From: Candidatus Cloacimonadota bacterium
GTDB taxonomy: Bacteria > Cloacimonadota > Cloacimonadia > Cloacimonadales > TCS61
Length of the DNA stretch: 64,000 nt
Reading direction: 5' to 3'
Assembly: GCA_030621085.1 (NCBI GenBank)
Contig: JAUXIJ010000003.1
Coordinates: forward strand, 17,588 to 81,587
The position numbers and the translations under genes were made by a program. Position 1 is the stretch's first letter. Every line of letters begins with the position of its first letter. Below are positions 28,609 through 38,800 of this stretch, piece by piece. The notes under the pieces were generated by a model. The model made no database searches. It saw only the letters and a program-made list of their open reading frames with translations, and was not told where the DNA came from.

Positions 28609-29382
28609 CTAAATAAGACCTTTTTCTTTGAAGATATTAGCAAGTTTACCGGCAGATTCCCCGGGGCTTCCGGTGAGAAACTCTACTTCCTTTGTTTTAG
28701 GTGGAATAAATAATTCTTCGATTTGAGTGTTAAGTAGTATATTTTCATCTTTGATCTCTTCTTTTCCCAATACTTTGATTTCTTTTTTTGCTGCTCTTCT
28801 AATTGCAATCAGAGATGCATAGCGGGGTTCATTTATGCCAGTTTGAATGGTGCATAAAGCAGGCAGAGAAATATCGAGATGTTCCATTAAACCACCTTCA
28901 AGTTCTCTATGAACATGTGCTCTTTTTTCTGAAGTATCAATAAATATGACAAGAGAAGCATGAGGAATATCTAAGAGTTCAGCCAGTGTAACACCAACCT
29001 GAGAATAAGCATCATCAGTAGCTATACAACCTGTAAAGATCAGATCAAAATTTAAATCGCTAATGGAAGCTTTTATGATCTGTGCAGTTTTATATCCGTC
29101 AAGCTCGTCAAAATCTTCTGCTTTAATCCTGATCGCATTATCTGCACCTTTTGCCAGAGCTATACGCAGAGTATCCTCTGTATCTTGATGACCCAGAGAA
29201 ATTACAGTTATTTCACCACCAAATTTTTCTTTCAAAAGAACTGCTTCCTCCAGTGCATAGGAATCCGATTCATTCATATCAAAGCTTAAGCGATCCTTTT
29301 CAATTTCCTTTCCGGTGTAATCTATGGTAACATCTGCTTCAGCGGTCTGGGGAACTCTTTTTATACAAACAATTATATCCAA
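28609..29382 (-). CDS. etfB: Electron transfer flavoprotein, beta subunit
   Basis: 257 aa. MDIIVCIKRVPQT N-terminus. TTG start after GGGAGG. Confidence 0.9.
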   Translation of the reverse strand: MDIIVCIKRVPQTAEADVTIDYTGKEIEKDRLSFDMNESDSYALEEAVLLKEKFGGEITVISLGHQDTEDTLRIALAKGADNAIRIKAEDFDELDGYKTAQIIKASISDLNFDLIFTGCIATDDAYSQVGVTLAELLDIPHASLVIFIDTSEKRAHVHRELEGGLMEHLDISLPALCTIQTGINEPRYASLIAIRRAAKKEIKVLGKEEIKDENILLNTQIEELFIPPKTKEVEFLTGSPGESAGKLANIFKEKGLI

Positions 29383-29490
29383 AATTACCTCCCTAATTTA
29401 AAAAGTCCAAAAAATACTAAATTCCCAAATGACTAAAATAACTAAATTCCAAAAATTTTTAAAACTTTCGGAAAAGTTTGTTAAAGATTT

Positions 29491-30633
29491 TTATCTTAGA
29501 AGCTCACTTGCAATAACCACTTTTTGAATTTCTGATGTTCCTTCGTATAATTCCAGGATCTTTGCATCGCGGTATAATCTTTCTACAGTATAATCTTTGG
29601 AATATCCATAACCCCCGAAAATTTGGACAGCTTTGCGAGTGACATCTACAGCAATATTAGCTGCATAGTATTTTGCCATAGCAGCTTCTTTGGAAAATCT
29701 TTTTATTCCTGCATCTTTGCACCAGGCTGAATAATATACAAGCATCCTGGCAGCGTGGATCTGGGTAGCCATTTCAGCAAGCATATTCTGGATCATTTCA
29801 AATTTACAAATAGGTTTGCCAAAAGCCACTCGTTCTTTGGAGTATTTTACTGCTTCATCTAAAGCAGCTTGAGAAATTCCAACTGCTTGAGCTCCAATAT
29901 CTATTCTTGAGACATCGAGTGTATTCATACAAATATAAAATCCCTGACCTTCTTCTCCTAAAAGATTTTCTTTAGGAATTTTGCAGTCTTCAAATATCAA
30001 TTCGCAGTTTCCGGTTGCTCTAATTCCCATCAGGTTTTCGTGATTACCAAGAGAAAAACCAGGAGTATCCCGATCAACAATAAATGCACTAATTCCCTTA
30101 TGCTTTAACTCTTTATTTGTATAAGCAAAAACAATAAAAATTCCAGCTTCCGTACCATTGGTTATAAATCTTTTTGCTCCGTTCAAAATGTAATGATCTC
30201 CATCCAGAACAGCAGTTGATTCCAAAGAAGCTACATCTGAACCTGCGTTTGGTTCTGTGATACCAATTGCTCCGATCTTCTCTCCTGAACTGAGAAGTGG
30301 GAGATATTTCTGTTTTTGCTTTTCTGTTCCAAACTGCAAGATTGGGTATCCACACAGGGAATTATTAACCGCAACGATTACACCTGTAGAAGCACAAGCT
30401 CTGGAGATTTCTTCAATAGCTATTGCCAGAGAAACAAAATCAAATTCTGAACCACCATATTTCTCGGGAATAAAAATACCGAGTAAACCGAGCTCTGCAA
30501 GTTTCTTTATGCTTTCTTTTGGGAATTCACCTGAAATATCGATCTCAGGCGCTAATGGTGCCAATTCGTTTTCGGCAAATTTCCTGACCTCAGATTGAAG
30601 CATCTTCTGGTCATTAGTTAATTCAAAATTCAT
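29491..30633 (-). CDS. Acyl-CoA dehydrogenase (short/branched-chain type)
   Basis: 380 aa. Contains GITEPNAGSD and the catalytic-Glu region ELYEGTSEIQKVVIA. Confidence 0.9.
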   Translation of the reverse strand: MNFELTNDQKMLQSEVRKFAENELAPLAPEIDISGEFPKESIKKLAELGLLGIFIPEKYGGSEFDFVSLAIAIEEISRACASTGVIVAVNNSLCGYPILQFGTEKQKQKYLPLLSSGEKIGAIGITEPNAGSDVASLESTAVLDGDHYILNGAKRFITNGTEAGIFIVFAYTNKELKHKGISAFIVDRDTPGFSLGNHENLMGIRATGNCELIFEDCKIPKENLLGEEGQGFYICMNTLDVSRIDIGAQAVGISQAALDEAVKYSKERVAFGKPICKFEMIQNMLAEMATQIHAARMLVYYSAWCKDAGIKRFSKEAAMAKYYAANIAVDVTRKAVQIFGGYGYSKDYTVERLYRDAKILELYEGTSEIQKVVIASELLR

Positions 30634-30653
30634 AATTTTTTTCCTTTATATTT

Positions 30654-31790
30654 TTATTTTCCTAATATCTGTCTCGCTATTACAATCTTTTGAACTTCTG
30701 AAGTCCCTTCTCCTATTTCCATAAGTTTTTCATCACGAATGAACCGTTCTACAGGATAATCCTTAGTGAGTCCTAACATCCCGTGAAGCTCTATTGCTGT
30801 GTTGGTTGCTTTCATACCGATCAATGAAGCATAATATTTTCCCATAGCAGCTACTTTGGTTAAAGGTCTTCCTGCATCTTTCAGTTCAGCAGCCTGATAA
30901 ATAAGTAACCGAGCAGCTTCGATTTCAGTTCCTATTTCAGCAATTGTAGATTGTATTGACTGATGTTTGTAAAGTGGTTTCCCTGAAATCGTATTAGATT
31001 TCACAAACTTTACAGCATATTCAAGAGCACCCTGAGCGATTCCCAGAGCAAGAGCGCCGATAGAAATTCTGCCACCATCGAGTGTTTGCATGAAAATTTT
31101 GAAACCATCACCTTCTTCGCCTAAAAGATTCTCTTTGGGGATTTTACAATCTTCAAAGATCAATTCTGAAGTGATCGAACCCCGCAAACCCATTTTATCT
31201 TCTTCTTTTCCCGGTATGAAACCCGGAGTTCCTTTTTCAACTACAAATGCAGAAATTCCATGATAACCTAATGATGGGTCTTTTGTGGCAGTAATTACAA
31301 TTACATCGGCAACATGACCGGAAGTGATAAAGCACTTATTTCCATTTATAATGTAATTATCTCCAACAAGTTTTGCAGTGGTTTCGGTGGCTGAAGCATC
31401 ACTTCCTGCATTGGGTTCGGTTAATCCAAAAGAACCTATCTTATCACCTTTTGCAAGAGGAATAAGCCACTTTTGTTTCTGTGATTCATTGCCTGCCTGA
31501 TATATCGGAGCAACCGCAAGTGAAGAATGAGCAGCAAAAAAAATTCCTGTAGAACCACAAGCTCTACTTACCTCTTCTACTGCAATTGCATAAGATAAAG
31601 TATCAAGACCAGCGCCACCGTATTTTTTGGGAACAAATAAACCATATAGGCCCATTTCTCCCATTTTTTTTACTAAGTCATGCGGAAATTCACTGTTCAG
31701 ATCGAGGTCTTTTGCTCGTGGAGCCACAACATTATCAGAGAACTCTTTGAGTTTTTCTCGAAAGGCTAAATGTTTCTCACTTAATATCAT
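30654..31790 (-). CDS. Acyl-CoA dehydrogenase (short/branched-chain type)
   Basis: 378 aa. Contains GLTEPNAGSD and EIGEGTSEVQKIVIA. Confidence 0.9.
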   Translation of the reverse strand: MILSEKHLAFREKLKEFSDNVVAPRAKDLDLNSEFPHDLVKKMGEMGLYGLFVPKKYGGAGLDTLSYAIAVEEVSRACGSTGIFFAAHSSLAVAPIYQAGNESQKQKWLIPLAKGDKIGSFGLTEPNAGSDASATETTAKLVGDNYIINGNKCFITSGHVADVIVITATKDPSLGYHGISAFVVEKGTPGFIPGKEEDKMGLRGSITSELIFEDCKIPKENLLGEEGDGFKIFMQTLDGGRISIGALALGIAQGALEYAVKFVKSNTISGKPLYKHQSIQSTIAEIGTEIEAARLLIYQAAELKDAGRPLTKVAAMGKYYASLIGMKATNTAIELHGMLGLTKDYPVERFIRDEKLMEIGEGTSEVQKIVIARQILGK

Positions 31791-32899
31791 TTTAATAACT
31801 CTTTTGCTATTTGAGATTTTGAGATCCTTGGTGATGTTTCCAATAACTGAAGAACTTTTGCATCCCTGAAATAACGTTCCAGAGGATAATCTCTCATATA
31901 ACCATATCCACCATGAACCTGTATGGAATTAAGACCTGCAAATACACCTAAATCTCCACAATAGATCCGGGTAATTTTGGAAGCTATTCCAAAGTCTTCC
32001 CCTTTATCTGCTTTAGAAGCTGCATCATAAACCAGCAATCTTGCGGTATCTATTTTCATTTTTATTTCTGACATCATCTCCTGGACCATAGGAAATTCAC
32101 AAATTCTATGACCAAATTGCATACGCTCTTTAGAATATTTTACAGCGGTTTCCAGTGCCGCTTGAGCAATTCCCAGAGAGATAGCAGAGAAACCTATATT
32201 TGCATAATCACGAATTTCGGATTGAATTTTTCCACCTTTATCTTCTGCAATAAAACAGGCTTCTTTGGTTAATTTTAGATCTTTGAATTCTGCTCCTGCA
32301 AAACCTGCTGCTCTCATTCCCAGAAGATTTTTCGAAGTTAGATGTATTCCTTTAATACCTTTCTTTATTATATAAAATTTATTAACATCTGAAGTTGAAA
32401 CTGGCATTATAAAAAAGTTTGCCGAATCACCATTTAATACAAACTCACGATGACCCGAAAAATTAAAATTGTCACCTTCAGCTTTCAAGTCGTTTTTTTC
32501 TTCCGGTAGATCTATCTCAGGTTCGCAGACATATCCTCCGATCTTACCATTTGAAAGCTTATTCAAATATTTTTCTTTAAAAGATTCGTTACCATATTTC
32601 ATTAAGGGATAGGCAACCATACAATTATTTACAACCAGAATAGTACCGATCGAAGCACAAACTTTAGATATTTCTTCAACGGCAATACAAAGGCTGGTTA
32701 CATCTAATTCAACTCCACCGTATTTTTCGGGAATTATCAAACTCGATAATCCCAATTCGGATAGTTTACTGATTATATCTTTTGGGAAGACACCATTTTC
32801 TTCAATATCTTCAGCAATTGGTTCAAGTTCAGATGTGGTAAATTTTCTGAATTCATCACGAATCATTTTTTGTTCATTATTAAGATTTATTAAACTCAC
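31787..32899 (-). CDS. Divergent acyl-CoA dehydrogenase paralog
   Basis: 370 aa. GTG start. ACAD fold throughout, but the C-terminal motif is QLLETSPRISKSQIA instead of YEGT(S/N)EIQ. 4-nt overlap with the next ACAD. Confidence 0.75.
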   Translation of the reverse strand: MSLINLNNEQKMIRDEFRKFTTSELEPIAEDIEENGVFPKDIISKLSELGLSSLIIPEKYGGVELDVTSLCIAVEEISKVCASIGTILVVNNCMVAYPLMKYGNESFKEKYLNKLSNGKIGGYVCEPEIDLPEEKNDLKAEGDNFNFSGHREFVLNGDSANFFIMPVSTSDVNKFYIIKKGIKGIHLTSKNLLGMRAAGFAGAEFKDLKLTKEACFIAEDKGGKIQSEIRDYANIGFSAISLGIAQAALETAVKYSKERMQFGHRICEFPMVQEMMSEIKMKIDTARLLVYDAASKADKGEDFGIASKITRIYCGDLGVFAGLNSIQVHGGYGYMRDYPLERYFRDAKVLQLLETSPRISKSQIAKELLK

Positions 32900-32954
32900 T
32901 TAACCTCCCTGGGTAAATTTTTATAATGTTAAAACCGGTTATTTTAAATATCAC

Positions 32955-32989
32955 AAAAACCCCCTTTTATTCCCCCTTCTGAAGGGGGA
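32955..32989 (-). terminator. Possible intrinsic terminator downstream of the 96-aa gene
   Basis: The minus-strand RNA would read UCCCCCUUCAGAAGGGGGAAUAAAAGGGGGUUUUU. This gives a perfect C/G-rich palindrome (32971-32989) plus a second G5 run followed by U5. Confidence 0.4.
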
Positions 32990-33003
32990 TTCAATAAAAA
33001 TAT

Positions 33004-33294
33004 TTAACCGATCAGGAATTTCTTTGATTTTTTAGGTATGCTGGAATCCGTTAAAAGTTTTCGGAGAGAATCCATATATTCAAAATATTTTTCCTCTTCT
33101 AACTCTTCTGATTTTTCCTGTGATCTTTTTATAGCCTTAAAATTTTTAACAAAATTAGTTAAAATTTGATTAACTAATTCTGAAAATAGAATACCTTTTG
33201 TCTTTGCAATATTTTTTATTTCTTTGCTCACTTTAATATCTAAATCGATTGTTGTTTTTTCCAGTTGTCTCTTTATTTTATCCTTTTTCAGCAT
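33004..33294 (-). CDS. Hypothetical protein, possible ribbon-helix-helix DNA-binding fold
   Basis: 96 aa with its own AGGAGG RBS. The N-terminus TTIDLDIKVSKEIKNIAKTKGILFSELVNQIL has a strand-helix-helix pattern like CopG/Arc. This is a weak call. Confidence 0.4.
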   Translation of the reverse strand: MLKKDKIKRQLEKTTIDLDIKVSKEIKNIAKTKGILFSELVNQILTNFVKNFKAIKRSQEKSEELEEEKYFEYMDSLRKLLTDSSIPKKSKKFLIG

Positions 33295-33419
33295 AAGTCC
33301 TCCTGAAAAATATTTTTATGAAAATTAATTATAATTATCTTAACGCAAAAGTGGAACGATAATGTCAAGAAATTTTGTAATACCATAACTAATAAACAAC
33401 ATTGATAAATCTATTGTAA

Positions 33420-34325
33420 TTAGCTTCCAACTAATGCTGCTACTGTAATAGAGTAAAATTTTGATTCATCGCTATCACTTCGTGAAGTTAAAACCACCGG
33501 TACTTTTGCTCCGGTTATAATTCCTGCCATTTTTGCGTTTGCCAGATATACACCTGCTTTATAAAAGGAATTGCACGCCTCGATGTTTCCAAAAACAATA
33601 GCATCAGTATCACCTCCGATAGGACTATCGAAACCTTTGGTCTTACATGATTTCTTGGAAATTGCCAGATCCAAAGCTATCGGTCCATCGATAATTGCAT
33701 CTTTGATCTGGTTGCGTTTTGACATTGCAGTAACAATAGCTGCATCATACGAATTCTGATAATTCATAGCTACTTTTTCCGAGCAATTAAGCATGGCTAC
33801 TTTTGGTTTCTCGATCTCGAATTTGTGACAGACATTTATAAGATAATTTGCCATAGCGATTTTTTGCTTAAGATCGGGTTGTAAAATTACTGCAATATCC
33901 GATACAAATAGCAATTTATGGTAAGTGGGATATTCCAGTATAGTTACATGAGAAAGGATCGCTTTGGGAGGTAAAATACCTGTTTCTTTATTAAGTATGG
34001 CTTTTAAATAATCTGCTGTACTTACCAGGCCCTTAACCAGAACATCCGCTTTATCTTCTCTGATAAGTTTCACTGCAATATGTGCAGATTGCCTAGGCTC
34101 CTTTTCATCAATGATCTCGAGACCAGATATGTTAAAATCGATATCTTTGGCGATTTGTTGTATTTTTTCTTTATCACCAATGAGTACAGCCTTGATCAGA
34201 TTTTTATCGATGGCTTTCTTTACTGCACTCAATATGTTCTGTTCTTCTGCTGCTACCACAGCGATTGTTTTCTTCTCTGATTTTTTTAATTTCTCTAAAA
34301 CTTGTTCTAATTTTGTTATAGGCAT
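33420..34325 (-). CDS. ptb: Phosphate butyryltransferase / phosphate acyltransferase (PTA_PTB family)
   Basis: 301 aa. Contains LVKGLVSTADYLKAILNKE, DGPIALD and VVLTSRSDS. Confidence 0.85.
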   Translation of the reverse strand: MPITKLEQVLEKLKKSEKKTIAVVAAEEQNILSAVKKAIDKNLIKAVLIGDKEKIQQIAKDIDFNISGLEIIDEKEPRQSAHIAVKLIREDKADVLVKGLVSTADYLKAILNKETGILPPKAILSHVTILEYPTYHKLLFVSDIAVILQPDLKQKIAMANYLINVCHKFEIEKPKVAMLNCSEKVAMNYQNSYDAAIVTAMSKRNQIKDAIIDGPIALDLAISKKSCKTKGFDSPIGGDTDAIVFGNIEACNSFYKAGVYLANAKMAGIITGAKVPVVLTSRSDSDESKFYSITVAALVGS

Positions 34326-34693
34326 TACATTACTCCTGATTTTGGTTTATATCGGTCGGGACTATCAAATACATCTATAACCATAACTTTTGTAGGAAAA
34401 TTTGCTGAATGTAATACTCCGGCAGGAATAAAATAACTATCACCTTTGCGATATATTTTCGTTTGATCGCCTATCGTTAATTCCATCTCACCATCAACCA
34501 CAATACCCCATTGTGAGCAGTGAGAATGGTCGGGCATGTTACCAACAGGTTCAATCTCAAAAAATACAACTTGTTTATTTGTACTTTGAAGCAGCCAGCC
34601 ACGAATTCCATCGATGGGAATTTCAATTTCTGGAAGGTTATGGATCATTTCCGGGTAGGGAATACCCATGAATTCTTTTCTTTGATCATTCAT
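34325..34693 (-). CDS. Cupin domain protein
   Basis: 122 aa. HSHCSQWGIVVDGEMEL...GDSYFIPAGVLH is a cupin two-motif pattern. Confidence 0.75.
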   Translation of the reverse strand: MNDQRKEFMGIPYPEMIHNLPEIEIPIDGIRGWLLQSTNKQVVFFEIEPVGNMPDHSHCSQWGIVVDGEMELTIGDQTKIYRKGDSYFIPAGVLHSANFPTKVMVIDVFDSPDRYKPKSGVM

Positions 34694-34728
34694 TAATAAC
34701 TCCGTATTTTTAAATATTACAATTAATA

Positions 34729-35658
34729 TTACTTATTTCGGTCAGTCGCAATAAGACATCCAACAGCAATGGAATAAAGCTTGGTTTTTTCACTATCTCC
34801 ACGAGATGATAACATAACCGGTGCAATAGTTCCCGCTATATAACTGGCAGCTTCGGCATGAACAAGTTTAGTAAGTGTTTTATAGAAAATATTTGAAGCT
34901 TCCAATTGAGGAAAGACAAGGCAGTCGGCATCACCGGCAACATTACTTTTTATGCCTTTGACCTGTACGCTATCAGGGTCGATGGCAACATCAATAGCAA
35001 GTGGTCCATCGATATCAGCATCTTTTATTTGTCCTCTATCTCCCATTTTGGCAATTATTGCAGCATCTGCGCTTGAATCGATTAGGGGATTTGATTTCTC
35101 TGTGAAAGATAAAATAGCAACTTTAGGTCTCTTTATTCCCAGATTATGAGCAGTATAAACAAGGTAATTGGTTATGGCAATTTTTTGTTGAATTGTTGGA
35201 AGAGGAATAAAAGCTGCATCACTGATTATAAGCAGTTTATGGTAGGTTGGAATTTCAAAAATGGCTACATGAGCAAGCACAGCATTTGGTTTCATTAATC
35301 CTTTTTTCTTATCGATAATGCATTTTATGTAATTATCGGAAGATATCAGACCTTTCATTAAAATATCAGCTTTCTTCTTCCTGATCAATTCAACTGCTTT
35401 TTTGCCGGATTTCAATTCGTCAGGTTCGTGTATTATTTTAAATTTTTTACAATCAATTTTATTTTTTTTGCAGGCTTGTTTGATAATTTTTTCATCACCA
35501 ACAAGAGTTGCTTCTGTTAAACCTATTTCATAAGCTTCCTGAACAGACATTATAGAATTATCATCATGTGCATAAGCTACCACAACTCTTTTTTTAGGCT
35601 TATTTTTTGATCTTTTTTTTGCAATTTCTATTAGCTGGTTAAGATGTTTTATTGCCAT
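34729..35658 (-). CDS. Phosphate butyryltransferase paralog (PTA_PTB family)
   Basis: 309 aa. Collinear by eye with 33420-34325 (LMKGLISSDNYIKCIIDKK, DGPLAIDVA, VMLSSRGDS). Confidence 0.85.
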   Translation of the reverse strand: MAIKHLNQLIEIAKKRSKNKPKKRVVVAYAHDDNSIMSVQEAYEIGLTEATLVGDEKIIKQACKKNKIDCKKFKIIHEPDELKSGKKAVELIRKKKADILMKGLISSDNYIKCIIDKKKGLMKPNAVLAHVAIFEIPTYHKLLIISDAAFIPLPTIQQKIAITNYLVYTAHNLGIKRPKVAILSFTEKSNPLIDSSADAAIIAKMGDRGQIKDADIDGPLAIDVAIDPDSVQVKGIKSNVAGDADCLVFPQLEASNIFYKTLTKLVHAEAASYIAGTIAPVMLSSRGDSEKTKLYSIAVGCLIATDRNK

Positions 35659-35783
35659 TTTCTCTCCGCTCTTTTCTCTTATTTTTCTTTAGCAAAATTT
35701 CTTTATTGAACTCTAATGTCAAGCAAATAAGGAAAATTGCTTTCTTATGCGTAAAATAGCGTAAAATCGACTATCTTTTTGTC

Positions 35784-35872
35784 AGACTTGCTCCGCAGTG
35801 AAGCGTGGAGCGAAGATGACAAGCTCTTCGCAATTCTCGATTCATCCGTCAAAAGCCGGACGAATCAAGTCT
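35784..35872. repeat. 89-nt GC-enriched structured element: three consecutive hairpins bounded by a 7-bp inverted repeat
   Basis: The outer IR is agacttg (35784-35790) / caagtct (35866-35872). The hairpins lie at 35790-35811, 35811-35830 and 35839-35866. Each has an 8-nt loop ending in aagc (agtgaagc, tgacaagc, tcaaaagc). The element overlaps the last 8 nt of the MTase CDS. Confidence 0.6.
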
Positions 35873-38800
35873 TGCTTATCTCCTCCTTGTCCGGGCGTAG
35901 ATTTGCGAAGCCTGACACACTCATCCGCTCATAATCCGCTTTGCTCAAACCAAAAGATGCCAGAACTTTATCTGCATTCTCATCAACGATCTTCACTTCC
36001 TCATAGGTTAGCTCGTATAATTTATAAACCATCAAATCTATTTTGGCTTCGAGATGTTGTGTGTCTTTACCTGATTTTTTGTCGATGAGGATTTGATCGA
36101 CTAATTTGATGAATGGTTTCTGCATATCTTCAGATTCTTTTTTTATTGGTATTTTACCGATATAATACTTATCAAAATGCATAGTTCGTATAGCTGAACA
36201 GTAAATAAACCGATATACAAACCAGCAGATTAATTTTGAGTTTAAGAGTGACAGAATATATTCTTCTGAAAAATTATTATTCATAATTATTGTGTTCTGA
36301 ACTGTATCAACAGAAAAGATATTGCCCTCATGATCTAAAACACTCATGATAATAATATGTGGAAAAGGATTTTGTACATGAGCAATTAGGTCTTGTGAAA
36401 TTATCTTTTTTTGCAACATAAAAGAAAATTTTGAATAACTTTTTTTAATTATTTCAGATGAGATATAACCTTTATTACCAGAAACAATATATTTTGCAAT
36501 ATTCTTACCACCTATAACTGAATAATCACCTGAAGATTTGAGATATTTTTGTATTCCAATTCCTCTTTTTGTATTCGAAATTTCTCTCATATAAACAACA
36601 TCATTTTTGAAATGATTGTTAAATATCTCTAATTCGATTAGTTTGATATCACAAATCCAAGCTTGAAGATTTAATGCTTGATCATTATTAATGTTTATAG
36701 AATTTACAAAAGAGTTATTAATAAATTTTGTTGCTTCATATTGATAATTTGAAAATTTATTATTAAAGATAAAAACAACTTGTTCCAATAGAACATTATC
36801 AAAAGCTTTTTCAACATCAACTAAAGAAACAGTCTTGTCAATCAAAGCTCTGACAAGTGTAAACCAACGTTGAGAATATAACAGAGATTTTGGTACAATG
36901 TATGATAAAATACCATTACTATTAATATATTTATTTTTACCAAAGTCTATAAAAAGAGCTGCACTATTTGAATTATTAGTATCAATAATATGTTTTCGAA
37001 TATTCTGTAATAAATTATTTCTTATTTTAGCACCATACGGTGGATTAGCGATCACAATATCGAAACCGTCTTCAATTCCAAACATCCATTTCGAGTTGAA
37101 CCAATCGGAAGATTTATCGGCAAATGGATTCCAATTAGTAAGTGCAACGGCTCTTTTATTGGTAGAACGGTTTTTACTTAAAAATTGGGCAATTTCAGTT
37201 TGTGTTTGTTTAAATTCTTTTTCGATTTCTGCTTTTTCCTTTCCACTGGCATAAAAGAATTGTTCCCGCAAGATTTCCAGCTTCTTCATCATGGGTTCGA
37301 GGATAGAATCAAAGTCAAAAAAACCTATTTGTTCATCTTTTTCCGCTTCCGGTAAACCGATGAGAGTATTGGCAGCTACAAATTTAAAGGAAAGGTTAGG
37401 CAGTTCGTTAATACCACGATTCGGTTTCTCATCATTCACGGTTTCATCTACCATCAAGGTCAGGAAAAAGCGGAGTTTTGAAAGTTCAACAGCAATTGTT
37501 TGAATATCAACTCCGTAAATGGAATGAAGAATGGCGGACATTTTATATTTATAATCCCAATTCTCATCCATCAGTTTATCTTCAAAAGTTTTACGCACTA
37601 ATTGATCGGGGATCATTTCTAATTGTTTCATCACCCATTCGATAGATTCGGGATCAACTTTCTGACGGATGAGTAACATTTTTTGTAATATTCCCATTGG
37701 AAAAGCGCCGGACCCGCAGGCAGGATCGAGGATCTTTATTTTATCAAGAGCATCGATAACTTTCAGGCTTTCTTCTTTTGTAAGTTCATTTTCTTCTATT
37801 GTATAATCAAGCAAGTTGCGGATTTTTTGTTCGAGAACGGATTGAGATTCTTCGTGAGATTTACTCTGTAAGGCTTCCTCAGAAAGACAAGATTCTAAAT
37901 TTGTTAACAAGTATTGGATCAAAGATTCATCGACCATATATTCTACGATCGGTCGAGGTGTGTAATAACTTCCGGTGGCTTTTCTGGCAGTTGCCATAGT
38001 TTCGGGATTAATTTCTGCCAAAAGATTTTCAAAGATTCTACCCAGCATTTCGGGATCAACGGAAAGATCGATATCGATGGAAGTGTTTTCATCAATTGTG
38101 AAATTGTATAATTCCAGAACGGAGAAGAGTTTTACAAACCAATCGTCGGGGATTTTCAAGTCATAAGCAGGTTTATACACTTTTTCCATGGGAGAATATT
38201 TATAATAATCCTGATGCAAATTTGGATCGAATAAACCACCGTTGAGGAAAGGAATGTTTTTGAAAAACTCATTTTTTGAAATTGATTCTTTTCTTTCCTC
38301 AATCTTAGTATTCATAACTTCAAAGAAAAGTGGTTCCAAAACAGTATGATAATAATTATCTTTAATTGCTTTTACAGATAGAACTTCTTCGGGAATCAGC
38401 GAAATCCCATTTTCAGATTTTTTCTTCTTTAAAAACCAACAGAAAACAATCCTACCTATTAATCTAACAGCAAATTCCTGCATTAAGGTATGATCGGTTG
38501 TATCGGGTAATTTAAGAAGCGGTTCAAATTCTTTAGTTTGTCTTCCGATCTTTCTCACACCGCCAACAAGTTCTGTAAAGAGTTTAGCAATATTATTATA
38601 AAATTCTTTATTTACGATTTCTACAGAGAATCTTGATTTCAGGTCTTCTTCGTCTTTTACTCTTCCTTTTTTTACTAAAAATTCTTCGATCGTATGTTTT
38701 TTTACATCCGGTCCCATAAAATAGGAATAGCGTTTAGGATTGGTAAATTCTTTTGTTACTTTCTTTCCTTCTAATTTAAGTTCGCGAGTAATCAGCGATA

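Noticed and set aside
35798-36088. 96-aa plus-strand ORF from the track
   Set aside because: It runs antisense across the triple-hairpin element and the 3' end of the MTase gene. Its sequence is S/P/R-rich and has no RBS.
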